Position numbers and translations under genes: made by a program
NCBI GenBank assembly: GCA_001275005.1
Contig: JWZX01003318.1
Coordinates: 1-64,000, forward strand
DNA length: 64,000 nt
DNA from: Chrysochromulina tobinii
Taxonomy: Eukaryota
Direction: 5' to 3'
The notes under the pieces: generated by a model
Database searches by the model: none
Told to the model about the DNA's origin: nothing
The model's input: the letters and a program-made list of their open reading frames with translations, nothing else
Part shown: one piece after another, positions 11,101 to 22,875 of the stretch
Numbering within the stretch: position 1 is the first letter of the stretch
How the letters are laid out: each line of letters opens with the position of its first letter

Positions 11101-13164
11101 GCGCGCGCTCGGCCGCGTTCGCATTGGCTGGGTAGCATCCGAGGAGCGGCTGCATGATATCCTCGAGCACGCCGAGCGACGAGCATGCGTACTCCACGAC
11201 GTTCGGCCGCTCGCTCGGGGGTCGCGCATGCAGTGCGGCGCGCAGGTGGCGGCGCAGAGCGAGCTGCCCATACAGCTCGGCCTCGCAGACGACCGTCGGC
11301 GTCGTGCCGGGCGCGCCGGCCGTGCCAAGCGGCGGCAGCGCGTAGCAGAGCTCCGTCCGAGCTCGATCCGAGCTCTGACGAGATCCGACGAGCTCTGACG
11401 AGATCCGAGCTCGATCCGAGATGAGTCCAGTCTGAGGTTCGGCTCGTGACGTCGAGTATCGTCCGGGTACCGACAGGATCAGATGCGTGCCCAAAGGCGG
11501 ACAGAGCTCATAGTTCGCCAGCGTGTCCTCCCACAGCTTCCACAGCGCGGGCGACACACGCTCGAGCAGTGCACGCACAAAGCGGCGCAGGTCGGCCCCA
11601 AAGTCGGCGGTCGCCGTACGGCGCGCCTCAAGAAGAGCCTGCTGCCACTCGCGTCGCTCACAGCCTCCGCCCAAGTCGACACCATAGTCGTGAATGCACT
11701 CTCTTTTGAGGTCCTTGACAGACAGGCTCGCCAGCGCCTCTTCGGCGTCTTCGCAGCGCACGAAGTCGCACGCCCACACCTGGTTGTTGATCTTGGCGTC
11801 ATACCGGCCGAGGTTGGCCGACGAAATGATGAGCCGCAGGAAGCCTGCACCCAAGCCTGCACCCAAGCCTGCACCCGTGGGCACCGGCCCGCCGCGATCG
11901 AACTCGAGCAACCACAACTTTGGGTGCATCGTGCCGTGGTGCACGCGCGTCCGGTCGGCGGCGGCCGTGTCGGGGCCAAAGAAGGGCGGGAGCACCACAG
12001 AGAAGTGGACGCCCACCGACGCATTCGCGGGCGTGTAGGTACTCTCATCAAGCCCGGGAGGCGTGCGGTGGTGGTCGTAGTTATCGACGACCACCACGCC
12101 ACGTGGCCGGCTCGCTGCGGGTGAGCCACGTACGAGCTCGGACAGGAAGAAGTAGTCGGTACCTGTGGGGCAGAGGCACAGGCGCCGTGATGAGCACGTG
12201 CATGCAAGGCGGGGTCCATGGTAGGTTCGAGGACAGGAAGAAGCGGACCATACGAGGTGAACAGCGCCGAGACGAGCGCCTCGCGCCGCCACAGCAGCTC
12301 GCCGCGACTCACCTCAGGCATGCACTCGGCCCGGGCGAATGCTTCAGAAGCCGCAGAGGCTGCGGCGCCGCCGACGGCCATCTCAAGCTCGGCGTCGAAG
12401 CGATTCTCGGCGGCCGCGGCCACTCCGCACGCAGTGACCATGGCGGCCGATCCCCTCTCCGTCGGCCTCATCAGTCGATTCAGGTAAATGGCGCGCCCGT
12501 CGAAGTGCGTGTACGGCAGCTCGACGTCGAGGTCGGCCGACTCCCGGGTATCCACATCCTCGCGCTCGCCATGCTCGCCGTCGGCCTGTGCCTCCGGTGG
12601 TGCCGCGATCGTCCTCGAGTCATCGAGGAGAGGTTGCGGCGGCGGCAGAGCAAGCAAGGCAGGCACGGGTTCTGGCGTCACGGAGACGTCCTTTGGCGAC
12701 GACCGAGCATGGCACATTGCAGGGGCTAGCAGCGACGTGGCATCCATCGGGTCGGCCGGTGGCGCCCACGGGCCATCCGTTCTAGCAGCAGACGGCGGCT
12801 CCACCTTTTGGCGCTTGCTTGTTTCCTCATCAATGTCGTCCTGCACTAAACTCACTCGCATCATGTAATCCTGCGCCTGAACACCCATGAACACTCGCGC
12901 GCCAGGTAGTAGCAACGCCGTCTGCGTCTTATTCACTGTGCTCAAGCTGCTATCTGGATTCTCTACGCGCACCGGATTTATGCCCAGGCACTCCAAGCGC
13001 ACATCTCCAGTTGCCTCAACGTGAAGCCGGAGATGCTGGCGAGAGATAGTTGGAGGTTGCTGCTTGAAATCTAATCGGCCAATGATCACTTCATCTTTCA
13101 ACTCGGCGATCACCGACCAGCACGGGGCGGTGAGCTGTCTGACCTCGACCGCGTACACAACCAT
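8101..13164 (-). CDS. TDP1: FHA domain - tyrosyl-DNA phosphodiesterase 1-like - C-terminal HAD-like domain fusion
   Basis: FHA motif IIGR...ISRQH. TDP1 motifs HGTMHPKLWLL, IISSANL, SVPG, YACSSLG, HHVKM, GSHNLSGAAWG, SYEIGVL. GT-AG intron at 12248-12163 and a 1-nt frameshift at 10913-10915. The C-terminus has the HAD-like WCKPHPDML...LMIGYDFIDQEAASKAGV. Confidence 0.82.
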
Positions 13165-13265
13165 CGTGAAATGCGACGGTGTTGAGGCGCGGGATTGGCG
13201 CCGTTGTGGGCGCTTCCCAGTTTTTCGACACCGAAATGGGCGCCTACGATACGAATCCCTATCGT

Positions 13266-13910
13266 CTAATGCCTGTTCCGTTCCTCGAGTTTGTCCGCGA
13301 GCGACACCGCTGTCACAAGAAGGTTTCTCACGTCATCCGCCGTCGCAAAGCTCCTGCCGCCGGGGGTGAGCTGCATCAATCGCGCCTCCAGCGCCTCGAC
13401 GCGCCTCGTGGCCTCCCTAACGTCGTCGCCGAGGGTGCGTGCACCATCACGCACAGCTCGTAGCTCGCGCAACGTCGCAGCCGACGTGCTGAACTCCGAC
13501 GATCGCAGCGCAATCAGATAGAGCACACGCGTGCACAGCGCCTCGACGCCCGACATCTTCTTGGTGATGGCGCGCTGCTCCTCGCAGATGGGCAGCGCCG
13601 CATGCCGCGAAAGCGCAGCGAACTCGCGGCAGAGCAAACTCACGTTGCGCGCATTCAGCTCGGGTAAAACTGAGGACGAGGCCGAGCCAAAGAGGCTACT
13701 CATGGCACTCGGTGTTGCGGAGGAAGGGGCTGAACCAAACAGGCTACTCACGGCTGTCTGCGGCCTCAGCAACGGCGCCACCTGTGGGAGCCGCCTCAGC
13801 GCAGCTAGGTCCGGATCGACTGTCGCAGTCGACACGCGGTGCGAGACGGTCGTGATCCCAGGATCGGCGGCCATTGCTGCTGCTCGGGCGCTGCTTGTCG
13901 ATTGTCCCAT
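13266..13910 (-). CDS. BORCS5: BLOC-1-related complex subunit 5 (myrlysin/LOH12CR1)-like
   Basis: MGQSTS myristoylation-type N-terminus. DPDLAALRRLPQVAPLL and LNARNVSLLCREF...EEQRAITKKM resemble BORCS5 blocks. Coiled-coil C-terminus. Confidence 0.65.
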   Translation of the reverse strand: MGQSTSSARAAAMAADPGITTVSHRVSTATVDPDLAALRRLPQVAPLLRPQTAVSSLFGSAPSSATPSAMSSLFGSASSSVLPELNARNVSLLCREFAALSRHAALPICEEQRAITKKMSGVEALCTRVLYLIALRSSEFSTSAATLRELRAVRDGARTLGDDVREATRRVEALEARLMQLTPGGRSFATADDVRNLLVTAVSLADKLEERNRH

Positions 13911-14424
13911 CGTTGGCCCTCGACCAGCCTACGCTACGTTCACGAGAGAGTCCAGACGGAAAAATCTGCTCCGCTGGTGCGCACTGCGGCAGCGCGACTT
14001 GGACTGCATCCTTCCGGCGAGAAAAGTCTGAACTTACCGTGAATGTGGACTGTGAATGGGCTTGGCTAATGACCAACTTCTTGGAGCGCTGAATTCCATT
14101 GTTTGGAAACAAACACAACACACAGCGCGCGCGCTCGACCCTTCGGTCTCGCTGTTCCTTTGCTATTCGCATGTCGCGGTGTGCCTGCTGCTGTGCATGC
14201 TCCTGTGCCGGTTGCTGCCGTGACCGCTCTGCTTGGTGCTGCTCCTGCGCTGCTCCTGCGCTTGCATCGCCGCATCGTGCTGCCATCGCGCGTAGCTTAG
14301 CCTGATGTTGCTGTTGCTGTTGCTGTTGCTGCCTCACTCTGCGCTCCGCCCTCCATGTTGCTTCTGTGCCTAGCTTTCTGGCAACTAGCTTTCTGATGGA
14401 GCTCCATCCCCCCCCTGACGCTGA

Positions 14425-15393
14425 TCAAGTCGGAACCTTTCCGGTGGGAAGCAGCGTCGCCGCTGTTCCATCGGCATACACGCTCGGCAGCCGGTCTCCC
14501 CAGAAGATCTTGGTGTTGTTGCTGAGAGCTCGCACAGCCTCGAGCTGGAGGTAGTTAGGCGTGAGGAGGAGGCTGTTGGCCTCAGCTTCACGCTTCAGGC
14601 GGTAAAAGTATGCATCCGCCTCTGCCTTGGAATTGTTGGCAAGCATTTGATTGGAGATCTCGGCGATGGCCTGCTCGCTCTGCTTCTGCTTGAGTTTCAG
14701 CTCCAGCGCAACGGCCTCGACCGCAGCGAGCTTCTCTGCTTCGACAAGCGCTCGCATCTTTTCGGTCTCGGCTTCACGCTTCACGACCGTGTGCTTCTCC
14801 TCGACCACCTTGAGCCGAGTGCGCTCGGCTTCGACCGCCTCGTAGTTGCTCTGGATGGACTTGGGGATCGTTGGTTTCGTCACTCGAATTGCGATGATCC
14901 TAAGACCAGGAACCCACCTGTCGATGTCGCGCTGCAATGCGGCCTGAAGCGTCTCGTCCAGGCTGGAAAACTTGGTGATGTACATCTCTTCCAGCGTGCT
15001 GCTGCTGCAAATCTGGTTGACCTCGTGGTGAATCTTATCGAAGATCCAAGTCTTGTCATACTCTGAAGTGAAGTTCCTCACAGTTTGGAGCACCGCACTG
15101 TAGTCAAGCTGATTCACGACTTCAATGCGCTCAAAGTAGATCAGCGTTCCTCCTTGAGTGCCGCACGGGATGTTTTCGACTCGGTCAGTTTGCACTGTTG
15201 TCTGCACGTACTCGACTCTGGTCACGAGCGGCGTGGATAGGACCAGCCCTGGACCGGCGGTCCGGTCTTGCAATGCGCCACCGCGATAGAAAACCGCCAC
15301 GTGTCCCTCGGGAACGAAGTGAATTGACCCGCTCGAGAGGCTCCATCCTCCGATGGCAGCTGCAAGACTGACGAAAATGGACCATGGGTCCAT
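14425..15393 (-). CDS. ERLIN: Erlin (ER SPFH/band-7 protein)
   Basis: EGHVAVFYRGGAL, VQTTVQTDRVENIPCGTQGG, YDKTWIFDKIHHEVNQICS, IRVTKPTIP, NNTKIFWG. N-terminal membrane anchor follows the ATG at 15393. Confidence 0.93.
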   Translation of the reverse strand: MDPWSIFVSLAAAIGGWSLSSGSIHFVPEGHVAVFYRGGALQDRTAGPGLVLSTPLVTRVEYVQTTVQTDRVENIPCGTQGGTLIYFERIEVVNQLDYSAVLQTVRNFTSEYDKTWIFDKIHHEVNQICSSSTLEEMYITKFSSLDETLQAALQRDIDRWVPGLRIIAIRVTKPTIPKSIQSNYEAVEAERTRLKVVEEKHTVVKREAETEKMRALVEAEKLAAVEAVALELKLKQKQSEQAIAEISNQMLANNSKAEADAYFYRLKREAEANSLLLTPNYLQLEAVRALSNNTKIFWGDRLPSVYADGTAATLLPTGKVPT

Positions 15394-15601
15394 ATGACTC
15401 TCGGTGGCGGTGGCGGCGGCGGTCTGTGCGGTGGCGTCCGCTTGGATAAACGATAAAGCGAGCTGCACGCCCTCCCCGCTTGCTTTTTTCACCCGTTAAA
15501 ATACCGTTAACATGTGAAACATTGCGAGCGCGCGCATGGTCTCTGGGGTCGTGTAAGGTGTGTGTATTCTGATCGGGCAGTACATGGAATCCCTAATATG
15601 A

Positions 15602-15649
15602 CAGTGCCGTAGCACCGGTTGTCGCATACTCTGTCGAGTAACGTTCACA
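15602..15649. repeat. Dispersed ~48-bp intergenic element (copy 1; related copies at 31755-31841 and 57527-57572)
   Basis: CAGTGCCGTAGCACCGG...AACGTTCACA aligns with the reverse complement of 57527-57572. Confidence 0.75.
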
Positions 15650-15770
15650 CAAGATGGAGCCGGGACACACAGTAGGCCGGTATTCCTCCCTTGACTCGGC
15701 TGCACGTGGCATTTCCGGTCCTCGGCGCGTCGTTCTGATACCCGGTACTCCAAACTTGCCACATCAAGTC

Positions 15771-17078
15771 ATGGCGGACCTGGCCATTCGAGAGGGGTCA
15801 TGTACACCAACGGGTGGCTTTACGCTCATCCATCGACCAAGCTGGCTGACGCGTGCCCCAGGCGCTGCCGTGACGATGGCATCCGATTTGGTGAAGGCCG
15901 TCACGTGGGGTCCACGTATGGGTGATTTCCAGCCGATTCGGTGCTCAGAGGCCATAAAACGGCAGCCGTTTGATAAGCCGTGGCCTGCGTGGCGGCACGT
16001 GCGCCGCACATACCCCTCGCTCACACCTCCCGCACCGGCGCCGATGCCGGTGCACGCGCAGGTGCTCTTCGTGGGATGTGCGCGCAATTTGGGCGCGTAT
16101 GCACTGACGAGCCGGTTTTTTGTGGGGCAGCTCGGTGAGCAGTTCTCGGACCATCGCGTGCTCCTGTGGGAGGACTCGTCCTCTGACGGCACACGTGCAA
16201 CGCTGCGCGGCTGGGCAGCAAGTGACGCGCGCATGCGCCTTCTGACCGGCGACCCGCCGGCGCTCAGCTGGCGACTGCGCATCCACCGCACGGCGCGCCT
16301 CGCCTTCTGCCGCGACGTGCTCCTGACCGAAGCGCTCAAGGCGATGCCACCTCAACATGGGCAGCGTGCGATGACCGAGGCGCGACCGGCGGCGCCAGCG
16401 ACGTTGGCAGCGATGGCAGCGCTGCCATCGCAGCTGATCATCTCGCTCGATCTCGACTGCCCGCCCACACTCGCGCCGAGTGCACTTGCCGCCGCCGTCC
16501 ATCGCATGGCGACGGCGCACCTGAAGAGACGCGCCGCGCACCACCCTCGCACCGCACGCACAGCGCGCAGAGCAGAACGGACCATAGGCCCTTCGCCGCC
16601 GCCGCCGCCCCCCCCCTCGATGGCACCGCCCACGCGCTTCCACGTAATCACAGGCAATTCGCTCCCAATGTACTATGACCGGTGGGCTTTGCGCAGCCGT
16701 GCACTAGCCATCGATTACGACTGCCTTCAGAACCGAACCGAGGTGGCCCGCCGGGGCCGCTGCGTGGAATATGACATCAACGTAAACCCACGTGCGCCGG
16801 TGCTCGCCGTAGACTCGGCCTTTGGGGGCGTCGCCATCTTCTCCGCCGCCGCGCCGCGCCGAGCGGGTTGCCGGTACGAGGCACGCCCCGACTTGCGTAC
16901 ATGCGAGCACGTCGGCTTCAACTTGTGCCTGCGACGGCGCGGGCTGCGGCTGGGTCTCGACCCTTCGCTCGTGGTCGGCTGTGGGAAGGAGCACTACCAT
17001 CCCGAGACACCGAGCACCAAAGTCGTTCGCGTCTTCGAAAATGGCAGCATTCGCTATGAAGGCGATCTTCATATCTAG
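15771..17078 (+). CDS. GT-A fold glycosyltransferase (CAP59/GT2-like)
   Basis: LFVGCARN, EDSSSDGT, RLAFCRD, DLD (DxD), YYDRWALR, VDSAFGGVAIF, CEHVGFN. Start codon uncertain. Confidence 0.75.
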   Translation: MADLAIREGSCTPTGGFTLIHRPSWLTRAPGAAVTMASDLVKAVTWGPRMGDFQPIRCSEAIKRQPFDKPWPAWRHVRRTYPSLTPPAPAPMPVHAQVLFVGCARNLGAYALTSRFFVGQLGEQFSDHRVLLWEDSSSDGTRATLRGWAASDARMRLLTGDPPALSWRLRIHRTARLAFCRDVLLTEALKAMPPQHGQRAMTEARPAAPATLAAMAALPSQLIISLDLDCPPTLAPSALAAAVHRMATAHLKRRAAHHPRTARTARRAERTIGPSPPPPPPPSMAPPTRFHVITGNSLPMYYDRWALRSRALAIDYDCLQNRTEVARRGRCVEYDINVNPRAPVLAVDSAFGGVAIFSAAAPRRAGCRYEARPDLRTCEHVGFNLCLRRRGLRLGLDPSLVVGCGKEHYHPETPSTKVVRVFENGSIRYEGDLHI

Positions 17079-17320
17079 ATGAGGATTTGAAACGACCTAG
17101 TAAAGCCGTGGTAATTGATACTGCCCCAAACCTACGATACACACATTCAGCCGTGTACTGAACTGACGGGAACAAACCGAAGTAGGTGGGGCCAAAAGGC
17201 TAGGCCCGTGCGTGACGTGAGCGGCCGCCGCTGTTTTCGACTTTGTACCAGCACAAAATGGCCCCCGACCACCTTCTGTCCTTCCTAGGCCGCCGCCGCG
17301 CTGAAGCCCGCCTCTTGCCT

Positions 17321-20300
17321 TCACGCTTTCGCGCCCGCCTTCTTGAGCTCCTTTGCATACTTCACCTCAGCCTCCTCCAAGATATTCACAAGTTCAGAAT
17401 ACCCTTTCTTTTGCGCGAGCTGCTTAGGCGTGTTGCCGTGCTTGTCCTTGATCACGGGCACCGCACCCTTCTCGAGAAGCATCAAGAGCATCTCCTTATG
17501 CCCCTTCTGGGCCGTCCAGTGCAACGGCACGTAGCCAGAGAGCGCCTTGTCGAGCGTGGACTCTTGCTCATTCACAGAGTACCCATGCTCGATGAGCAAC
17601 TCGGCGACCATCATTTGGTTCTCTTTGGATGCCCAGATGAGCGGCTTCCATGAGTCGCCTGTCTGGTGCGTACCCGAGCGCCGGTTGAGCTGTGAAGACG
17701 CCTTGCCCTTGGCAGCCGAGCCCATGGAGGCCGAGACACCCTCCGCCCAAGCCGACGCCTGGAGCTCCGCGCACATGAGACGCAGGTCGACCCTGTTCAT
17801 GATGCGGGGAATTTCAAGACGGGAGTTGGCGGGCGTGATGCCGTTCAACGAGTGCGCGACCGAGAGGGAAGTCGAGACGTGATAGTGCGACATGCGCTCT
17901 TCGAGAGCCGCGATGCCCTCCTCGGCGAGCGTCTCGTTGCCGCGAAGGTCCAGCGCCGTCAGCTTGGGCACATTCTTCAGGAGGTTGGCGAGGGCAACCC
18001 CTTCCTGCGGCTGCAACTCGACGTCGCGCAGGTCGATCGAGAGATCGACGTGTTTCTCGGCCTGATGACGCGCCATCACCCAGCCGCACACGAGCATGAC
18101 GCGAGCGGGTGAGCGCACGTCCCATGACTTAAGATTGAGTTCCGTCGTCTTCATCGCCTGGTCGAGCCGCTTGATCTCCTTGACGAGGATTCGCTGCAGG
18201 TACAGCGTCTCCTGCATGACCTTGGCGAAGTTATCATCATTGTTGAACCACTCAGGCGAGAAGGAGTACGCGCCATAATCGAGCGCCTTGCGCAGGATGT
18301 TGAGTGCGACCTTAATCAGGCTTTCGGGCAGTGCATCTCGCAAGTCGAGCTCGATGCCGTTCGCCATGTCCCTGAGCATCTTCTTGCGGCGGGAGAGCAC
18401 TTGCTCGAGTGTGAGCGCCGACATGTTCAGCGAGAAGCGCGACATGATCACGAGCATGTTGCCCTCGACGTCCGACTGTAGCGCCTCGACGCCCGTGAGC
18501 GGCGGGAGAAGCACCTCCTTTTCGTGCGGGTACTGCGACAGCCACGTCAAGTCGGCACCGCGATCGACCATTCCCATGCGCATCTCGAAGATCGTCATGG
18601 CGTCGCCCGGCTTGGCGCCGGCTGAAGCATACAGGATCGCCTGCTCCTTGTCGGTGGTCGTCGAGCTGAAACCGTACTCAATGCCGCCTCGAACGCCGAG
18701 TTCGTTAGGCACCTGATGAGGGACGCACTCAGAGGCGCACTCAGAGACGCACTCACAATGGCGCACTCACAGAGGCGTCATCAGAGAGGTCCTCCGCGGC
18801 GCACCCAAAACTCCTTTGGCAGCAGGGCTCCCTGCACGCCGCGCCACACGTTGCACGCCTTCGTGAGCTTGGACAGCTTAAGTACACACGAGTTGATTGC
18901 GTGGATGGTAGTGCAGTAGTCATTGCCAATGCAAAGTTCTTTGGCCACCCCAACCAAATAAGGTACGCGCGACTTGGCGCGAAGCACGGCGTTATACTTG
19001 GCGTACATAGGCCCCGTGTATAGTCGACCGCCAACGACCTCTTCCACGATCAACTCGGAGTGGCCGTCCTTGCGCAGGCGCACATTGCCTTCCTCCTCCA
19101 TCTTCTGCTTGAGCGCGTCGAGCGTCATGGGCTTGCGGCACCACTCAGGGTTGGACTCACCTGCAATCACATCGAGTCACATCGAGTCACATGCAAGCAC
19201 TTGCACGCCCACGCGAGCAGACGCACTCCGGCTTCAGGGATTGACTCATAAGGGATAGGGCTTCGGGGATCGGCTCACGAAGCCCGTCACGCTCCGGGTA
19301 GACCCTCGCGCCCATATTGAACTCGGCCACACGAGGATTGACGATGAACTCCCATTCGGTAGCCGCGACGGCAAGCATGCCGTTGGGGGTCTTGAACTCC
19401 ACGTACGAGTCTGGATACTTGCAGTGGTCATTCTCCATCGCCTTGAGAAGCGTGGCGAGAGCTTCGTCGCCTCCGTTCTCATCCTTAGCCATCTGGGGAG
19501 GTGTGAAGAGCGACTCGTGCATGAGTAGCAATCGACGGCAATCAAGAGGCCATCAAGAGGCCATCAAGAGGCCTTCAAGAGGCCATCAAGAGGCCTTCAA
19601 GTGGCCACATGAGGCCATTAGGCCATCAGGATCCATCAAGAGCAATCACCTGGGGAGATCCGATGAGCGACTCGAGGCCGCCGTAGAAGAGGCTGAGCGA
19701 GCCATAACTCATCTGGAGCTTGCCCGTCGCCTGGAACTTGTCGTTGAGCTGGGCCGAGCCAGAGATCTTCTGCTTCTTGAGCTCATGTAGCCCTTGAATG
19801 AGGCAGTCGGCTAGCCCGCTGAGCTGCGCGGCCTCAAGCTTCGAGCGCACGTCGTCTTCGGACATTGCGCGCACAAAGTCGAAGGCGGGCTTGATAGTGG
19901 CCGAAGGGATGCAGAGCGCACGCGTGATCACCTGGGCCAAGCAGCGACGAGCAGTGGCTTTGAGAGAGGCCATCCGAGGCAATGTGAGAGGCAGCCAGTG
20001 GCGATGAGGGAGGCAGCCCGTGGCAATGTGAGAGTGGCGATGAGGGAGGCAATCGCTGGCGATGATGGAGGCAGCCCGTGGCGATGAAGGAGGCCATCAC
20101 TGAGGACATCAGAGAGGCCATCAGGGGCACTCAGCGCACCTTGGACACTCCGAGAGAGTTGAGCCACTTGGATGCCGCCCAAACGCCCTCCGATGCCTCT
20201 GTCTCCTCATCGTACCTGATGAGGGCGGCAATCAAGTGGTCGTCGGCGGTCATCAGTGGCGAAGTGGCAATCATCGGGCAATCAAGGGCAGAGTCCGCCG

Positions 20301-22875
20301 ATCGTACTCGGGGAATCAGCCTGAAATGAGGGAGGCAATCAGCATGCAATGAGGGAGGCAATCATGGGCAGAGTCCGCCGATCGTACTCGGGGATAGCCT
20401 CGACCACCTCCACCTCCTTCTTTTTCCTCTTTCCACCCTTCCAGGCATCGACCTCGGCCTTCTTCTTCGCCTCGGCCTCCGCAGCCGGGGCTGCTTTCTT
20501 GGGACCGATTGTGCCCGTCATCCGCATGTTGAGGGCCTGCTGGATCTCCTTCGCCTTCGAATGGCCAAACGTCAAGGACGAGGGCAGCTTCGCGGCCCGG
20601 ATCATGCGGTCAAAGTCCTGGAGTACGAGCAATCTCGCGGTCAGGCACACTCAGAGAGGCACACTCGGAGAGGCATACTCAGAGAGGCACGCACCTTGAG
20701 CTCGAGCGATCTCGCGCCGCCCGAGCGCTCGATCAACACGTCGTACACGGCCGAGAGGCTCTCGTCCGTCAGGTGGGGGAAGATGCCGAGGTTCTTGAGC
20801 GCCTTGACGAAATCGGAGCGCTCGAGCGCGAGCTTACCCGCCTCAGCAAAGAGGGTCTGTATCTTAAAGCCCGACTTTTCGATCGCCAGCTTGAGTGTCG
20901 TGGCGACCTCCGACGCGCACTGTTCGGCGTCTTGCATCTTGAGGGCGCGTGCGTACGCAGCTTCGTCCGCGCGCGTCTCAGTCGAGAGCGCCGAGATGGG
21001 CAGCCCGGGCTCGTCGCCTATCACATGGGGCCCCGGCTGCTCTTGCTGCCCCACTTTGCGCTCTGCCGCCAACGCCGCCCCAATGGCCAAGACCTCCACC
21101 ACCGCCGCTTTGGCCGCCTGCGCAGGGGGAAGCTCGGCAACTCGGTAGCCCTCGTTTGGAGCGCCGTGTCGGTAGCCCTCGAGTTGGACGAGAAGTAACG
21201 AATTCTCCTGTTCAAGCTCCAGCACGCGATCTCGCGCTGCGCCGAGCTCGCGTTGCAAGTTGGCTTTCTCGAAGGCTGTCGCCTGGTCAATCGCGCCGCC
21301 GTCGGAAGCCGCCGGCGCCGCCAGCGCAGATTCATGTTCGGGTGTGCTCCTGGGGAGTGTGAACCCGGGCTCGACCGTCGGATGCTCCTTCGTGTGAATC
21401 CGAGGTGTGAACCCGAGGTCGACCGTTAGAGGATGCTTGGCCCGCACATACTGTGCAATCTTGCCCGCCGCCTTGACCTTGACGAGCTCTTGCTTGAGAG
21501 TGCCAATCTCGTCGCGCTGTCGTGCAATCTCGCCGCGCTGTCTCGCAATCTCGAAGATCTGCTGCCCGATCTTCTTGCGCTGCTCCCGAAGATCTTCCTC
21601 CTGGTCGGCGATCCGAATCTCAAGCTCTTCCATGTCCGCCTCACGCTTGACGAGCTCATCGACGGCCATCTGCGCGAGCTCGCCCAAATCTTGCAAGCCC
21701 GCCTCGCGTCGAATGTTCGAAATGTTACGCCCGCGCACCCAGCCCGTCAGGTCAGAGCCGACCCGCCTCACGCTGACGAATCCCGTGTCGTTCCGGATCT
21801 CCATCACCTCAACCTCGTCGTCGTTCAGCACGAACTGGTCCATCATTTCGTCTTCCTGCGATGGCCCGAGGCGCAGCTTGGTGCCGTCCTTAAAGTACGG
21901 GTTCTGCATCCAATAGTGCTGCCCGATGGTAAACTGCTCGTCGAGCCGAAGTTCGCTCTCCTTCTTCATTCGTTCGACCCACGCGGCATCGAGTTCCTTG
22001 CCCGCAAGTGCGCCCGTCTTGGCCACCCACACGTTCTTGCGGTTTGGATCGGCGACGTCGTCCTCCGCCACCTCTGCGCCCCCCTCGGCCACGGCCGCCT
22101 CGGCCGCAGCCACCTCGGCCGCAGCCGCCTCGGCCGCAGCCGCCTCGGCCGCTGCCGCCTCGGCCGCTTCTGCCGCAGCTGTCGCTTCTGCCGCAGCTGT
22201 CGCTGCCTCTGCATCTGCCATCGCCGCCTCTGCCTCCGCACCCCTCGCAGCTTCAAAGGCCTGCAACGCTTCTGCGGGGGCCGCCAGCGCCACCGACGGC
22301 CACATTAACAAGCCGGGATCTACGGCCGCCGGCGCTGAAGATTCCTCAGGCATGTCCTCCGTTGAGAACTGGCTAGCCTCCTCCGCTGCGGCCAGCGCCA
22401 GAGACCGATGTACACTCGCCACGTGCGAGAGGAAGTCGCCGTCGGCCGCGAGATCCTCCGCCCCCGACGGCTCCACCGGAGCCTCAACAGTCGAGTCAGA
22501 CGGCTCCTCGGTAGCCTCCTCGGCAGCTGGCGCGCTCGGCTCCTCCTCCATCTCTACGGCTGGCGGTCCCTCCGGAGCTTGTTTGGGCACCTCGGAAACA
22601 GACTCCAATGGATCACTCGTTGCATCGGACAGAGGATCGCCGGTCTCATCTCTGCCGCTGTCCCCTGCCGAGGGCGCCTTGGCCGGGTCCGGAGATTTCG
22701 GCTTCGCCTTGACGCTGCGCGAGGATGGCTGCTTGGAGTCCGCCCCGGACTTGGATGCGCCTTTGGAGCTGCTTTGGCCCTTGCCCCGTGTGGACCTTTG
22801 GCTTTCGGGACTCTTGGGCCTACTGCCACTCGCCTTGTCGAGGCTGGGCAATTTTTTGCCCTTGCCCTTCTCCAT
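17321..22875 (-). CDS. Multi-exon (~1576 aa) mono-ADP-ribosyltransferase (R-S-E clade) with coiled coil, EF-hand-like, LRR and ankyrin repeats
   Basis: Exons 22875-20695, 20617-20388, 20215-20140, 19931-19650, 19492-19279, 19160-18805 and 18712-17321 join in frame with GT-AG introns. Motifs RLYTGPMY.KYN.VLR, VWRG, FSSTT, SQYPHEKEVL. LRR LTALDLRGN. Ankyrins PLIWASKEN, PLHWTAQKGH, GNTPKQLA. Exon 1 may hide further introns. Confidence 0.82.

Noticed and set aside
11350..11440. GAGCTC/GAGATCC repeats in TDP1 as an extra intron
   Set aside because: The frame stays open and I found no convincing donor/acceptor pair; left unresolved.
14066..14337. Poly-Q ORF between BORCS5 and erlin
   Set aside because: A CAG/CAA microsatellite with no convincing ATG or domain; probably UTR or intergenic.
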